In this document: in pieces, positions 12,901-25,329 of the stretch | How positions within the stretch are numbered: position 1 is the first letter of the stretch | Layout: each line of letters opens with the position of its first letter | Assembly: GCF_006345805.1 (NCBI RefSeq) | Contig: NC_043008.1 | Location: forward strand, 30,504,001-30,568,000 | Source: Octopus sinensis | Lineage: Eukaryota | Direction: 5' to 3' | DNA: 64,000 nt | The notes under the pieces: model-generated | Told to the model about the DNA's origin: nothing | Database searches by the model: none | What the model saw: only the letters and a program-made list of their open reading frames with translations | Program-made: the position numbers and the translations under genes

Positions 12901-15130
12901 ATAGTTTGTGATTCCCCACCATCTTGATAGTTTATGGGATTAGGTATTAAAGGATGATTTTCGCTTACATCATATCAGATTTTATTAAATATATTCCAAT
13001 AACTGGATCAAATAAATACAGCAATTCGTTGAAGTGTTTTCACTCGAACAATATTCTTTAGTTATTCAGGATATTAAAATATCAGCCTGATGTGTGGTTG
13101 ATATTGGAATGGTTAGAAATGCTTTGTCCCAATGATTGGTTACAGCATCAGTGAAGCACGTTATGATATTTTCCAATCTTATTACACATAAGCGCCATAG
13201 TTTCTTGCGGAATTATTAAATAATAATTTTAACCAAGAATGAGAAAATGTAATATTTTGTGAGTTATGTGGCATCCCGTAGATTATGATATAAGCAACCA
13301 TCTTATCACGAATGAATCTAGGTTTCTTTTCTAGTTGAAACTCTTTCACATCATGTACACCACTGACATATTAGGAAACACGTTTCCATTTCTATTTACC
13401 AGCAAATTCTTCATCGACTACAAATAAGAACCTTCATTAAAATGTAATCAATATTTGAAGAATTTATGAGAAATTTCTACTGCCAGTCATTCAGATGTTT
13501 TAAAAATACTCATCTGAAAAACATGTCAAGTATTATATTTTCTAATCAAGAAATGCATCGTGTTGTCAATTAAACAATTACAATTACACTAACGATAAAA
13601 TTATATTTCAGTATTTGATTGATTAGCTCTCGTTCATTTATTCATACAATACGCTTGTCATATAAAAATATTATTCAAATTCCCCCTTTATTAAGTAAAT
13701 AAATTAACGAAATAAATTATCAGCTTCTCGTGCAACACTTTTGTTTTACTGATTGCAGCTCAGACTGAGTAGAACATCTGCTCAAAAGCATTGCAGTAGA
13801 ACCCATTCCATTTTTTAATCTGACAGTTCATTTGAGATTACATTACCTCATGTATAGAGGATTGAATGAAAATTAGGTTGTTATTTTATAGCATATCGAA
13901 CGACCATTAAGCAGCTTCTTCAATGTGATTCTATACTTATTTCAATATATTTACCTTCTTTTACATCTTGTGACAGTAGCACCGTTCGTTAGACAATCCC
14001 AACAGGTCAATCATGGACACTCAATGAAACCAAACGAGTGTGTGATAAGTGTATCAAACTTAATGTATCGAACTAGTTTACACATGCAGGAAAAATCTAA
14101 ATTATTCATGACTGATTTGTTTCCAACAGGTTTCTTTAAAGCTGTCCGCAGTAGCCTCACATATTTGTAAATAGTAATTTCATATGGCTCACATTTCAGC
14201 TATGGAAGGCATTGTCAATTTATCGGGACATAAATATACAGTCTTGAGTGAGAAAGCCAATCTTTGAGATACATTTCTGACAACGTCATCCATGCACAGT
14301 TAGCATGTAATAGCATTTGTTATATAAGGGTAAACATATGTTGCAAGTTTTATGCACATTATCTGTTAGTAGAAGGAGCAGGGCAGACAGACGAAAACTG
14401 TGTGTAATGATATTTGAAGATGGACTTAGGTGTCATTTCCCACTTGAGGGTAAAGTAATGCATAAGGTTTCTAGGTTGCATGTAAATGACTACGTTAAAA
14501 AGGTTAAGTCATAGTGAATTAAGTTATCCTAATCATATAGTATATAGTCTGAAGCTGGTCTTTAATATACATGTATCTATAAAGTGTACTCGGGCCTTGA
14601 AATGCACCAGACGTCCAGAATGCAAAACGTGGATAAAACTAGATTGAGGGGGTTGTCAAGGAATTATTGATCCGAAATAGATACGATTAAATCATCGTGA
14701 TGCAAGCGATACAACATCATGATGCAATATCGTGATGATGCAACCCTGCTTACTTACTTCCGGATAAATCACTAACTCTATATTTTGTCACAGTGATGAA
14801 AAATTAACCAATGTTTTAAGCAGATTCCAGTAACGTTTTTGTGGTTGCAAGTAAGATTTGGGTCCATTTCAAAATAGATAACTGGTTAAAGATGACGATT
14901 GTTATTGGAACATAAGACATTTGCAAATATTTCCGTACCAACGTTGTTAGAGAGAACGCTATGAGAGAGCTTACACTGTTTGGTAAAATCATGAGTCGTC
15001 CCTTGACGGTTTTGGTTATTATAATGCCACAAATATCAGACAAATCACTTAACAGGAACAATGGTTGCTACTTTCTCATACTGAAACCCTGTGTACACGA
15101 GGAGGTGACAGGTTACATTCAACAAAAAAT

Positions 15131-15228
<98 letters not shown>

Positions 15229-15660
15229 AAAGAGTTTTATTGTATATAGCCTGGACAACACAGAGTGTTGTGATTTCATAAACCGTAGTACTAATTAGAG
15301 GGTCGTAGTTATTGGGAAGTTTAGAACTGGGAGATTTCTACAAATCTGTAGATACCATCTGATCAAGTGGCAACGCAGTCTAGGAGCCAAAGGGCTGATG
15401 CATGAATGATTTGCACTTTGCTGGTTTTGCCACTATAACTAAATTAGATGACTGAGTCACTCTCTTTAGATATCTCAAATCATATACTACGGTTTTAAAG
15501 AAGGACGTTTAGCTAATATGTTCAAGAGTATACATATTGCTGATGAAAATTACTGGGTGGGAGTGGTTTGCATACACTTGGCCATAGGAGTAATCCACAA
15601 CAACCACAACTTTCTTATTTAGAAAATCAACAAATAAAAGGATACAAGATACTGATAAAA

Positions 15661-16250
15661 TATTAGGTTGCTCCGAAAATAATGGCCTCTCTAAGTTTGT
15701 GTCTTGAAACGAAATTTTATCATATTATTTAATTATATTTTTTGGTTAATTTCGACATACTTAATAATTGTTGTATGCTCTTTAATGATTTCCTACTTAT
15801 TTCAAACAGTAAACATTCCTGAAGCATAAGCACCCTTAATTATGAGCATGACAAAAAAGGGCCTTCACTTACTTTTCTTGCATCAATTCACGCTTGGGCA
15901 CAATACCTCCCAAACTGCTGTCAGTATCAACCGAGTACAGGGAGAGGGGTCCGAAAGTGATTGCACAGTATGAAGGTGGTTTTAGAAATTCCGTAGTAGT
16001 GATGACAACTTTGAAGATGAAGAAGGTATAGGACAGTCATGCAGTCTTGACAAAGAACAATTGAAAGCAATTGCTGAACAAAACCCCGGGGCAAATTGGC
16101 AGAGAAATTTCTCATGCACTTGGCACCGGTATTGCAACTGTCTAACGCAATCTGCAGAAGATTGCTAAGGTGAAACAATTTCTGTTGTTAATTTTTCCAG
16201 GATAAAATTATGTTTCTGAAATGGGCGATTATTTTCAGTACAACCTAATA
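15661..16250 (+). mobile_element. Internally deleted mariner (Tc1/mariner) DNA transposon
   Basis: TA-flanked TIRs tattaggttgctccgaaaataatggcc / gggcgattattttcagtacaacctaata. Transposase HTH remnant RWF*KFRSSDDNFEDEEG..DKEQLKAIAEQNP..REISHAL..TV*RNLQKIAKVK at ~15927-16175 resembles the Hsmar1/SETMAR N-terminus. Confidence 0.85.
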
Positions 16251-18099
16251 GTAAGACGTTTTTTGCGGTGAGAAGTAATGAAGATATCTGTTTGTAAAGC
16301 ATGCTATAAATTTGATTTAATTTAGTCGCAGAAAGAATCAAAACAGCTGAAAGAATTAGCCGATACTACAAAATTTATAATTTTGTCACGTTTACGGTTA
16401 TATCAATTCATGTTCATTTCCAATTAATAATCAAATGCGTTACTGTGATAGCGATGGAAGTTTAATTAAAATTCTGAACGTATGGATACTGATATGAACA
16501 GTTTCTAAAATATAATTGACTAAGTAGATATGCAACAAATAGATATTAGTTTGTTTTATATGTTATGTGTGAATAAGAATTTCTTTTGTATTAATGCATA
16601 GTGGCCTCAAAGGTAATCATATTGGCCAGTTACTTCCTTTCTCGTTGATTTGTAATGGAAAATGTAAATGTACTATTTATTAAACTATTTGTTTAGAGAT
16701 TCACTTTATTAATTCCAGATTGAATAGCAAATACCCTTAAAGAGTTAATATCAAATTAATCACCTACAATAGTTAACCTCTTAACAATCGTACATTATTG
16801 CTTCCGCCCCACCATCAGCTCTTAAGAGAAGTTATTTAACCTAATCACCATACCTAATGCTATTTAAGCCTGTGGCCAATCAATCCTCTTCCATCAGCTA
16901 AGTATAACTGATTACTGACAGGAAGGTCATATGGCATTAGTTTTAGATGATATCAGAAGTGATAATGTTTTATATCATCACACCAGCAGCTATTAACAGA
17001 TTATAGGACATATCATTAACGGCTTTTCCAATATTGATCACTATTGTGTTAACTTAGAGCTCAACCTGCCAAAAGATATGAGTGATTCTACTCTGAAAAC
17101 TTAACCAGGCCACAACGGAAATAGAAAGAAAATAAATGCGTAAGCAAAAGTTCAACATTGTCGAATCAAAAGTCGATTAAGAACACCATCATTTGTCACT
17201 CCTAAATACAGATATAATGGAAGTTCACAGAATATTAATCATTTTGCTTCAGAAGAGAGTCGCAAAAGAAATACGAAAAACCATTGGCTGGCTCAGCTAT
17301 TCTTTAAATCTGAGTTTCATGACACAAAGCATGATACATTAGGCGTTGATTTTTGGAAACTATTTACCAACATTCTATTCAAATATAACACCGTACAAAT
17401 CAAATAAACACTGCATAAATCAAGCATTATCAAACTGGAGATGCCAACCCGTCAAAATAGACCGAATTAATTTGTCAAAATGAAGAACATTAGTCGTCAA
17501 AACATAACATGTTTTGATGTAATTTTATTTACTTTTTTTCTTTGTTCAATCATAGTTTCTCATTCTTTCTCTCACTCTTTCTCTCTCTCTTTCTCTCTGT
17601 CTGTCTGTATCTCTTTCTTTTTTTCTTTCTTTTGTCAGATAACTAACAGACGTATTTTTAAAAATTTACAAAAGTTTCACAAATGTAATGTCTCTGTTAT
17701 TACATTAGACTAATGGATTACCTTTCCGACATCATTTTTAAGCCATATATGAAGAATGGTTAGGGTAGAGATTTTAACTTCCTTTTTGTTGGATAGAAAC
17801 AACTATTACAAGAATGCAGCTAAGAATAAATATAACAATAATAATTTCTGGCATACGCATAAAAACCCACATTTATAGTGCAGGTGTGTTGTAAATTTAA
17901 TGTTCGACTGACAGATGTGTTACTCAAGCAAACAAAAGACCCGATACGTAGTCGATTGACTAGCTAATAATAGTAGCGAAATTTCCTACATATCACAACA
18001 GTCAAGAGGAAGAACACAAGAAAAATATCTGTCCAAGATGTAATTTCGCTGAAAACAAAAGACAGGAAAGTGGAATGTAGTTCCTTACAAAACACCAGG

Positions 18100-18420
18100 G
18101 ACACTTGATACAGTGTTTTTCGACAATTTCATTAGATCATCGTTGGGGTTGGAGAACCATACGAAGTAGAAAGGTATCGCTATGCAGTGGAATTCTATTG
18201 CCCGATTTTCGACTAGGGCCCTCTTCATTTTTGTTCATTCATTCTCCTCCTATTCTCCACAAGGTTTTTGTGTCTTTCTTCAAGATCACACTTTCTCATA
18301 CTGCCGGGGAAAATGCTTGCAGTTACAGCTGGAGCTTGTGGTCGGTCTTATACTGGAGTAGGAAGAGATCCTTTCATTTATCGGTGCCGTTTATTCTAAG
18401 TCATAGGTATTTATAGTTCT
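18100..18420 (-). mobile_element. Degenerate LINE RT fragment
   Basis: NYKYL*LRI.. followed by ..QAFSPAV*ESVIL, resembling the YKYLG / FY.AV..SVL region of LINE RT. Confidence 0.3.
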
Positions 18421-19889
18421 GAGAGTAAAGAGAAACTGTTTCAATGCTAGCCATTTCTGAAGTGGAATGGGAATTTCTTAACTGTATCATTAGCAGAAAC
18501 CAAAGTCTTCTTCCCTACCTTCTGCAATTCAGAAGTCAGTCGCACTTTACTTCTTCCGCCACTTCCTCCTTCTCTCTTTCCGCTCCTCGCTCTCTCTCTC
18601 TATATATATTCCTCCCTCTCCTTCTCTCTCTCACTTTCTCTCTCTCTTCCCCTCTCTCTCTCCTCGCGCCTTTCAAATGTTCTAACTCACATGTGTATCA
18701 ATCGGCTCTTTGCTCCACAAATTTAATTTGATAACACTTCTTTGCACTATCACAATATGATATGATGTAGTTCCAGTTTATCAGTATAGCTTTCGGGGGA
18801 AAGAAATTAGGAAATTAGGACCTAAACTTCTGACCGCGGTATAATGTCAGCAAGCGGATTGTAATCTGAGTAACATTATAATGTGGTCTTTGTGTAACAA
18901 CATACTATTTTAGATCGTGTCTGCTCACATTATCTAATCATAATCAAAGGCAATGGTGACAACGGGAAAAGTATGTCCAATACCATTAATATACCGCGAT
19001 GTGTACCGCATATTTCCATCTAACGAATGTATATTGCAGTAACTATGGGTAGGAGAGCGATTCATGTAGCCACCCTGATTTCAAGATATAATAGGGCGGC
19101 AAAATCATCCTTATCCAATATACTGATTAGTAACAAGTCTACAACTAACTTGTTATTTCATATTTAAAATGCCCTCGTTGACAGAGCAATTGAACTTCTC
19201 TTCTTGCCTTACCGGGATAGAAGCGCAGAAATGAGGTTTCTTTTCTCTGTATATTACTTCTATATTTTGTAGATCTACATCATGTTCTTATTCTACGCAT
19301 CACTAGGAAGAGGAGGGACGGCTAACGTTTCTGATTGCGTTATTTATATCATTTAAATTGATTTATAGGGTTATATTTTGTCTATTTTAAAGTGAAACAC
19401 TGTGCTGCTGGGGTTACATGTTTATTTAAAAGTGATGCTGAGTGAGATAAATTTAAATACTTTTATATCTCAAAGTTTGTGTTGAGGTATTTCAATTTAT
19501 ATCGCCAACAACTATGTGAAAGCGGCCATTTTGAAACACAAACAAATCTAGTAAATATCTATTTTTCAAAAATTGTCTGCAGTTAAAATATTTTAGATCC
19601 AGTGTTTAAAACAACTGGGCTATGAACCAATACCTGGCAATAGATCAACTGGTACCGGGCCGCAGAGACATGATAAATTTTAATCTATAATTATATTTCA
19701 TTGATTATAGTAGTCTTCAGGATGTTTTTGCAATATACATGCATTATGTATGTATTATGTATATATATACATATCTATACACACACACACACAAACACGC
19801 AAACACACACACACACACATACACACACACACGCACACACACATACGCACACACACACACACACACACACACACCACACACACACATAT

Positions 19890-19948
<59 letters not shown>

Positions 19949-20013
19949 GTATGTATATAAAAGAATAATTACTGTGAATCATTGTGTAGAATATATTTTA
20001 TAAAAGACCGTGA

Positions 20014-20471
20014 GTAGGTCAAAACAATGCGAAGTACATGGAAGGTAAATCACAAGAAAAATATGTCAATTAATTTAGACTTACTTGTATTCGATATTTC
20101 GGGGATATGACCCCATTTTCAAGAACGTGACGAATGTTGCCGATGTGCGTGTGAACGTGTGTGGAGTGGACATGCGCAGAAGAATGTTGCTATAGTAACC
20201 AGCAAGCGAGTGAGCGTATGTGGAGTGGGTATGCGCAGAAGAGTGTTGCTATAGCAACCGGCTAGCTTCCTTATCTCCGTTCTATTACTGATCATTGGTT
20301 TCTGCGCATGTCCACTTCACACACGCTCACACGCACATCGGCAACATTCGTCAATTTCTTAAAAATGTGGGTCATAACCCCAATATTGAATACAAGGTAA
20401 GTCTACATTAATTCACAAATTTGTTTTCTTGTGATTTACCGTGCATTTACTTTGCATTGTTTTGGCCTTAC
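20014..20471. mobile_element. Foldback element with ~170-bp inverted arms and an internal ~59-bp tandem duplication
   Basis: Left arm 20014-20180 and right arm ~20299-20471 are clear reverse complements (ggtaaatcacaagaaaa, gacgaatgttgccgatgtgcgtgtga, gtggacatgcgcagaa). Confidence 0.85.
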
Positions 20472-20884
20472 ACATCATCATTTATACAACATTTATATAT
20501 ATATATATATATATATATAGGTTTTTTTGTTTTTTTTTATATATAGGTTTTTTTATTTTATTTTTTTATTTTTTATTTTTTTATTTTTTTATTTATTCTT
20601 CTATCTAATTTAACACTGACTCCTTGACCACTCCCCCAAGTATGATATTTTGTGCTATGCCTACCCCCCAAAAAGTCCCCCCCAACACCCCGTTAAACCT
20701 GCCTAAATGTATAAATGCCAATACAATTCTTGTTAACTAGCTTCCTGAAGATTTCTCTTGAATGAAACAGTTCTAGTCCTGTAGAAGCTCCTTCTATATA
20801 ATAAATTAATTTTACTCTGCTATGTATTGAGTACCTTATTTACTGTGGTTAACCCCGAATCAACCCGGGACCTACATATATATA

Positions 20885-20951
<67 letters not shown>

Positions 20952-21649
20952 TGTGTGTGTGTAGATATATGCAAATATACGTATATATGTCTATACATAT
21001 ATATACATATATATCTATATATGTATAGGTATATCTATATATGTATAGGTATATGTATGTATGTGTGTATGTATGTATAAATATACGAGTATACGTATCG
21101 TATGTGTAGTAATTAAATAATATATATTTTACCCTTTAGTGTGTTTTGTTATATGTGCGATTCCCCTGTCCGTGGAAAAATTGTCTTGTATGGAATCGGT
21201 CTGTAGGGCAAAACAAGTTGGGGAATATTGCTGTATATAAAACTTTTAGCTTGTAGTGTAGAAGATTTTATAAAGTCATTTGTCATTAAAAGAAGGATAA
21301 AAATAAACTTATACATTAGGCAGCCTGATGGTTGGCAAACACCTTCCAAGTGTGGCTCAGTTACATAGGGGCAAGCCCACTCTCAAAATTTATATGATTT
21401 TGCGTTTGGCCAGGCAAAAGTGGTAAGAGCGACAGTCAAGATGAGGTATTTGCCCCAGCCCTTTACGTTTCGCGTTTATATCCCTATGTTGTAGACAAGT
21501 ACTGGAGTCAATGGTAACGATTAATGAATTTAATCATGATAATCATCATAACCACCATCATTATAATCATCATCATCCACATTATCCTCATCATCCTTAT
21601 TAGGAGGGCAGATAAATCAGGACAAACTTGTAGACATACTTTTAAGGGC

Positions 21650-21688
21650 TTCATCGGGCTCTCAAATCCGATTTGAGAGCCCGATGAA
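21650..21688. repeat. Perfect 19-bp palindrome with 1-nt spacer
   Basis: ttcatcgggctctcaaatc-c-gatttgagagcccgatgaa, paired base by base. Confidence 0.95.
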
Positions 21689-23764
21689 AGTGCTTAGATC
21701 CTAAATCAAATCATATCTCTAGGTTAATAGGAAGTGATATGATGCAGCAAACTGGGTGACCCGGCTCTCTCAGATATAGACTGAGAGAAAGCCGTCCAGG
21801 AAGAGTCAGACAGAGGTAGCTAATCCATATACATTCCCCATGGAGTGTACTACCATGAACCTTGTTCAAAGAAACCTCTGACTGGATAAGAGCACCTGCT
21901 TTTTCCGATTGTTGAGGCAGGGGAAATTTTTACTCATCAGAAAATATATCATTTATTAATACACTATAAGAGATTATCTCTGGATGCTCCTCTTTGCAGA
22001 AATAGCTAAATTATTACAAAGGCGCCGACAAAAACCGATATTAGGGAAAAGTGGTGTGGCCGTCCTTCGCGCAACACGTCTTACTATAGCACGGTACTTT
22101 ACCTAAAGCCGTATTCATGAGTCAAACGATGAGTCAGACGTAATCCAGGGCTAGTGTTTGTCATATAGAATTTTGACAGGTTTTAATGAGGTTCATTTGA
22201 GAGTATGACGGATGATGGGATGTGATTGATTCTGTGAATCGGCGGGAATAGTCTGAGCAGTCTTTACTAGAGAATTTTCAGGTCGGAGACTATAGGCAAC
22301 TTCCAAATATCCTTCGCATGGCAGTCTTATAGAGGCTTCTTATTTGTTCAAGACAAGCTCTACAAGTATGGCAGAGCCAACAGCTTCGAACGTCAGAGGC
22401 ATGGACATATATTCGCCTTTACAAACACACCTATACATATATTCACCTATACATACGAATACATTTACATAAATAAATTGGTTCAATAGAAGAAAACCGA
22501 ACAAACAGATTTAAATACGTGTATGTACATATTTTGTACTTTTGAACCGGCAGATGTTATACGCGTAAGTCAATGGAACAGAATTTCGTGCATTGCATAT
22601 AGGCTCGTATCAAATTTATTTGATAAAGAGCAACGTGTGCAAGTCTTGGCGTCTGTGACTTCTGACGATTAACATTAATTAAACAAAACAAATAAGAGCC
22701 AGCAATCGCGTACATTTTCGAGTGATATGCAATTGAAACATAGTTTTACCCTTGATAGCTGAGCAATGTCTTAACTTTATTTGACTAGTATTCCTAAAGA
22801 TTTATTATTGTTTTTAATGTCTTTCTGTGTGCGTGTGTATTGTTTAAATTTATGTTTTAGTGTGTTAATACGAGAGGACATTTAATATGAGAGGACATTA
22901 CATGGTTGCTCTGAAAAAATATGCATTAATAACGATTAAATAACAATGAATCAAATCTGGAAAAATTAAACAAAAAATATATTGAAAAAATAACTGTTTA
23001 AGTCTTAGTAGTAAAATTTATTGATCTTTTCTCCTCATATAATTAATGTATTGAAAATGTTCGTATTGGACGACGTTCGGATGCCACGTATAAACAAACT
23101 AACGGAGAACAAATCATGTTAACAGCAGACAGATAATAATTATAATAATGAATATAGATGGGTTTCAATAGTAGTCTATTGCTTGCATGCTCTCCATGGT
23201 CAAAGCTCATTTCCTCACAAATCTTCCTGACTGCTCCGAAAAAATCCAAAAATAACGACTAGAAATAACGAGTCATATAACAATGTGATTATTTTTTAAA
23301 ATAGCTATGTAATACTTGGAAATACTAATGTTTATTAACAGCTCTCGCACTTAATTTATTACAAATGTAGATAGTGCTTGGTGATATGTATCAAGTATAA
23401 ACAAAGTTTTGAAGCATATTTCATAACAGCACTTGCTTAATGCTGTCTTCCATTCGAAAATTGTATATAGTGCATAAAATAACAATATCACTTACGAATG
23501 CGATTTTTCAATTTGATACGTTAAAAATACCAAATGTAGCACGTATAAATTTCAGTACCACCAGATGCAAACATACCGGAAGACGACGGAAACTATGATA
23601 TTCTAAATAATCTTCAGCCTTCAAATCTCGAAATTGTAAAAAGCAAGGAAAACTCAAAATGGGACAAGAAAGATACAGTTCTCTTCGTTATGTATGTTTT
23701 TTTCTGTGACATATCTCCGGTAAAACAAAACTAATATAGAGTTCTATATTTAAGAGATAAGGAA

Positions 23765-23918
23765 TTATGTACATTATTTACATTATTTACATTCGGATAT
23801 TTGTCCTCATCTTGTTTCATGTCAGCACAACGTTTCGGCTGATATGCCCTCCAGCCTTCTTCAGGTGTCTTGGGGAAATTTCGAACCTGGGTTCTCATTC
23901 CTAGGGTGTTCTTCGATG

Positions 23919-23989
<71 letters not shown>

Positions 23990-24193
23990 GTTATTATTGT
24001 TATTATTATTATTATCATTATTATTATTATCATTATTATTATTATTATTATTATTGTTATTATTGTTATTATTATTATTATCATTATTATTATTATCATT
24101 ATTATTATTATTATTATTATTGTTGTTCAGGTCATTGCTTGGAATCGAACTCGCAATTTTGGGGTTAGTAGCCCGCGCTCTTAAACATATGCC
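23765..24193 (-). mobile_element. SINE family D (tRNA-like head + (AAT)n + hammerhead tail), minus copy
   Basis: Minus strand reads gggcatatg..taagagcgcgggctactaacccc..gagttcgattcc (B box)..(AAT)n..ccccaagacacCTGAAGAaggctg..cagccGAAACGTT..tgtaaataatgtaaataatgta. Confidence 0.8.
23824..23870 (-). ncRNA. Minimal type I hammerhead ribozyme motif
   Basis: Stem I CAC/GUG, core CUGAAGA (23864-23858), extra A, stem II GGCUG/CAGCC, GAAA, palindromic AACGUU, predicted GUU cleavage site. Confidence 0.7.
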
Positions 24194-24195
24194 CG

Positions 24196-24425
24196 TGAGC
24201 ATATGGCGTAGTCGTTAAAAGCGTGGGCTACTAACCCCAAGATTTCCAGTTCGATTCCAGGCAGTGACCTGAATAATAATAATCATAATAATAACATGGA
24301 AAAATACCTTAGGAATTTCCCCAAGACATCTGATGAAGGCTGGAGGGTTTATCAGCCGAAACGTTGTGTTAACAACAAACAAGATGAGGGCAAACATCCG
24401 TCGAATGTAAATAATGTAAATAATT
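24196..24425 (+). mobile_element. SINE family D, plus copy (short AAT tract, small internal deletion)
   Basis: tggcgtagtcgtta (A box), cagttcgattcc (B box), aataataat, ccccaagacatCTGATGAaggctg..cagccGAAACGTTgtgtt, tgtaaataa tail. Confidence 0.85.
24325..24370 (+). ncRNA. Minimal type I hammerhead ribozyme motif
   Basis: Stem I GACAU/GUGUU, core CUGAUGA (24330-24336), extra A, stem II GGCUG/CAGCC, GAAA (24358-24361), CGUU. Confidence 0.75.
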
Positions 24426-25280
24426 AAAAAATAATATATATGGTCTACGAAATTTGTAGTGCCGCAAATTTAAAGAGCAATAGAAAATACAAAAGAGAAA
24501 ACTTAAATCTTGAGAACTTAAATCATAATGATAGAACTAATATGCGCAAAGCAAATTGAATAATCATACATAACAGAATACTGAAAGACAAAAATCAAAT
24601 CTGAAAATGCATGCAAAAATAGAAACAGAAATGTTTATGAAAGTTATTAAATAATAAGAATTTTTGAGGAAGGAAATTTTGAATACAAATTAATAATGGA
24701 GATATTTAAATAATTAAAAAGAACAGATCTTCCTATGCACCAACGAAAGTGCCTCTCAACACTAAAACGTATTGATGAAATGGTCCATCCAGAAAACCTC
24801 TCAAAACGGATCATGGAAATTTAATTAAAAACAATATGGACATCAATTCCATCACGTCAATGCCAATGATATATGCAGAGGTCTCTGTGATTGCGTATGA
24901 AATTGAGATTTAACCGAGTTCAGCTCATATAAAAAAAACTCTAAGTAAGCAACATGGACAATAAAAAGAAAAGTGTAGAAAATAAGGAGAAAATATCTCA
25001 CTCAATAAAGAATTGAACTCGATTTACACAAGGTTTATCTTCCATCATACTCTAGCAAAAGGTCAATGAACCTCTCTAATAGAATTCAATAGAATTGAAG
25101 TGTTTCTCGCAGTAAATACTCTGAATGGTTTCACATGCTCTTCTCTTGAAAGATGCAAGGTAACATTGGTGAAAACAGGATTTGAATCGGAACCAATAAA
25201 GCAAAGCTTTTACCCGATATATTGATACAAATATATATATATATATACATCCGATATTTTACCCGATATTTTGATACAAA

Positions 25281-25315
<35 letters not shown>

Positions 25316-25329
25316 AGAAAAGAGAAGTT

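Noticed and set aside
12750-13450. Gypsy integrase or piggyBac transposase remnant
   Set aside because: Similarity rests on a few loosely matching residues across stops and frameshifts; not supportable without an HMM search.
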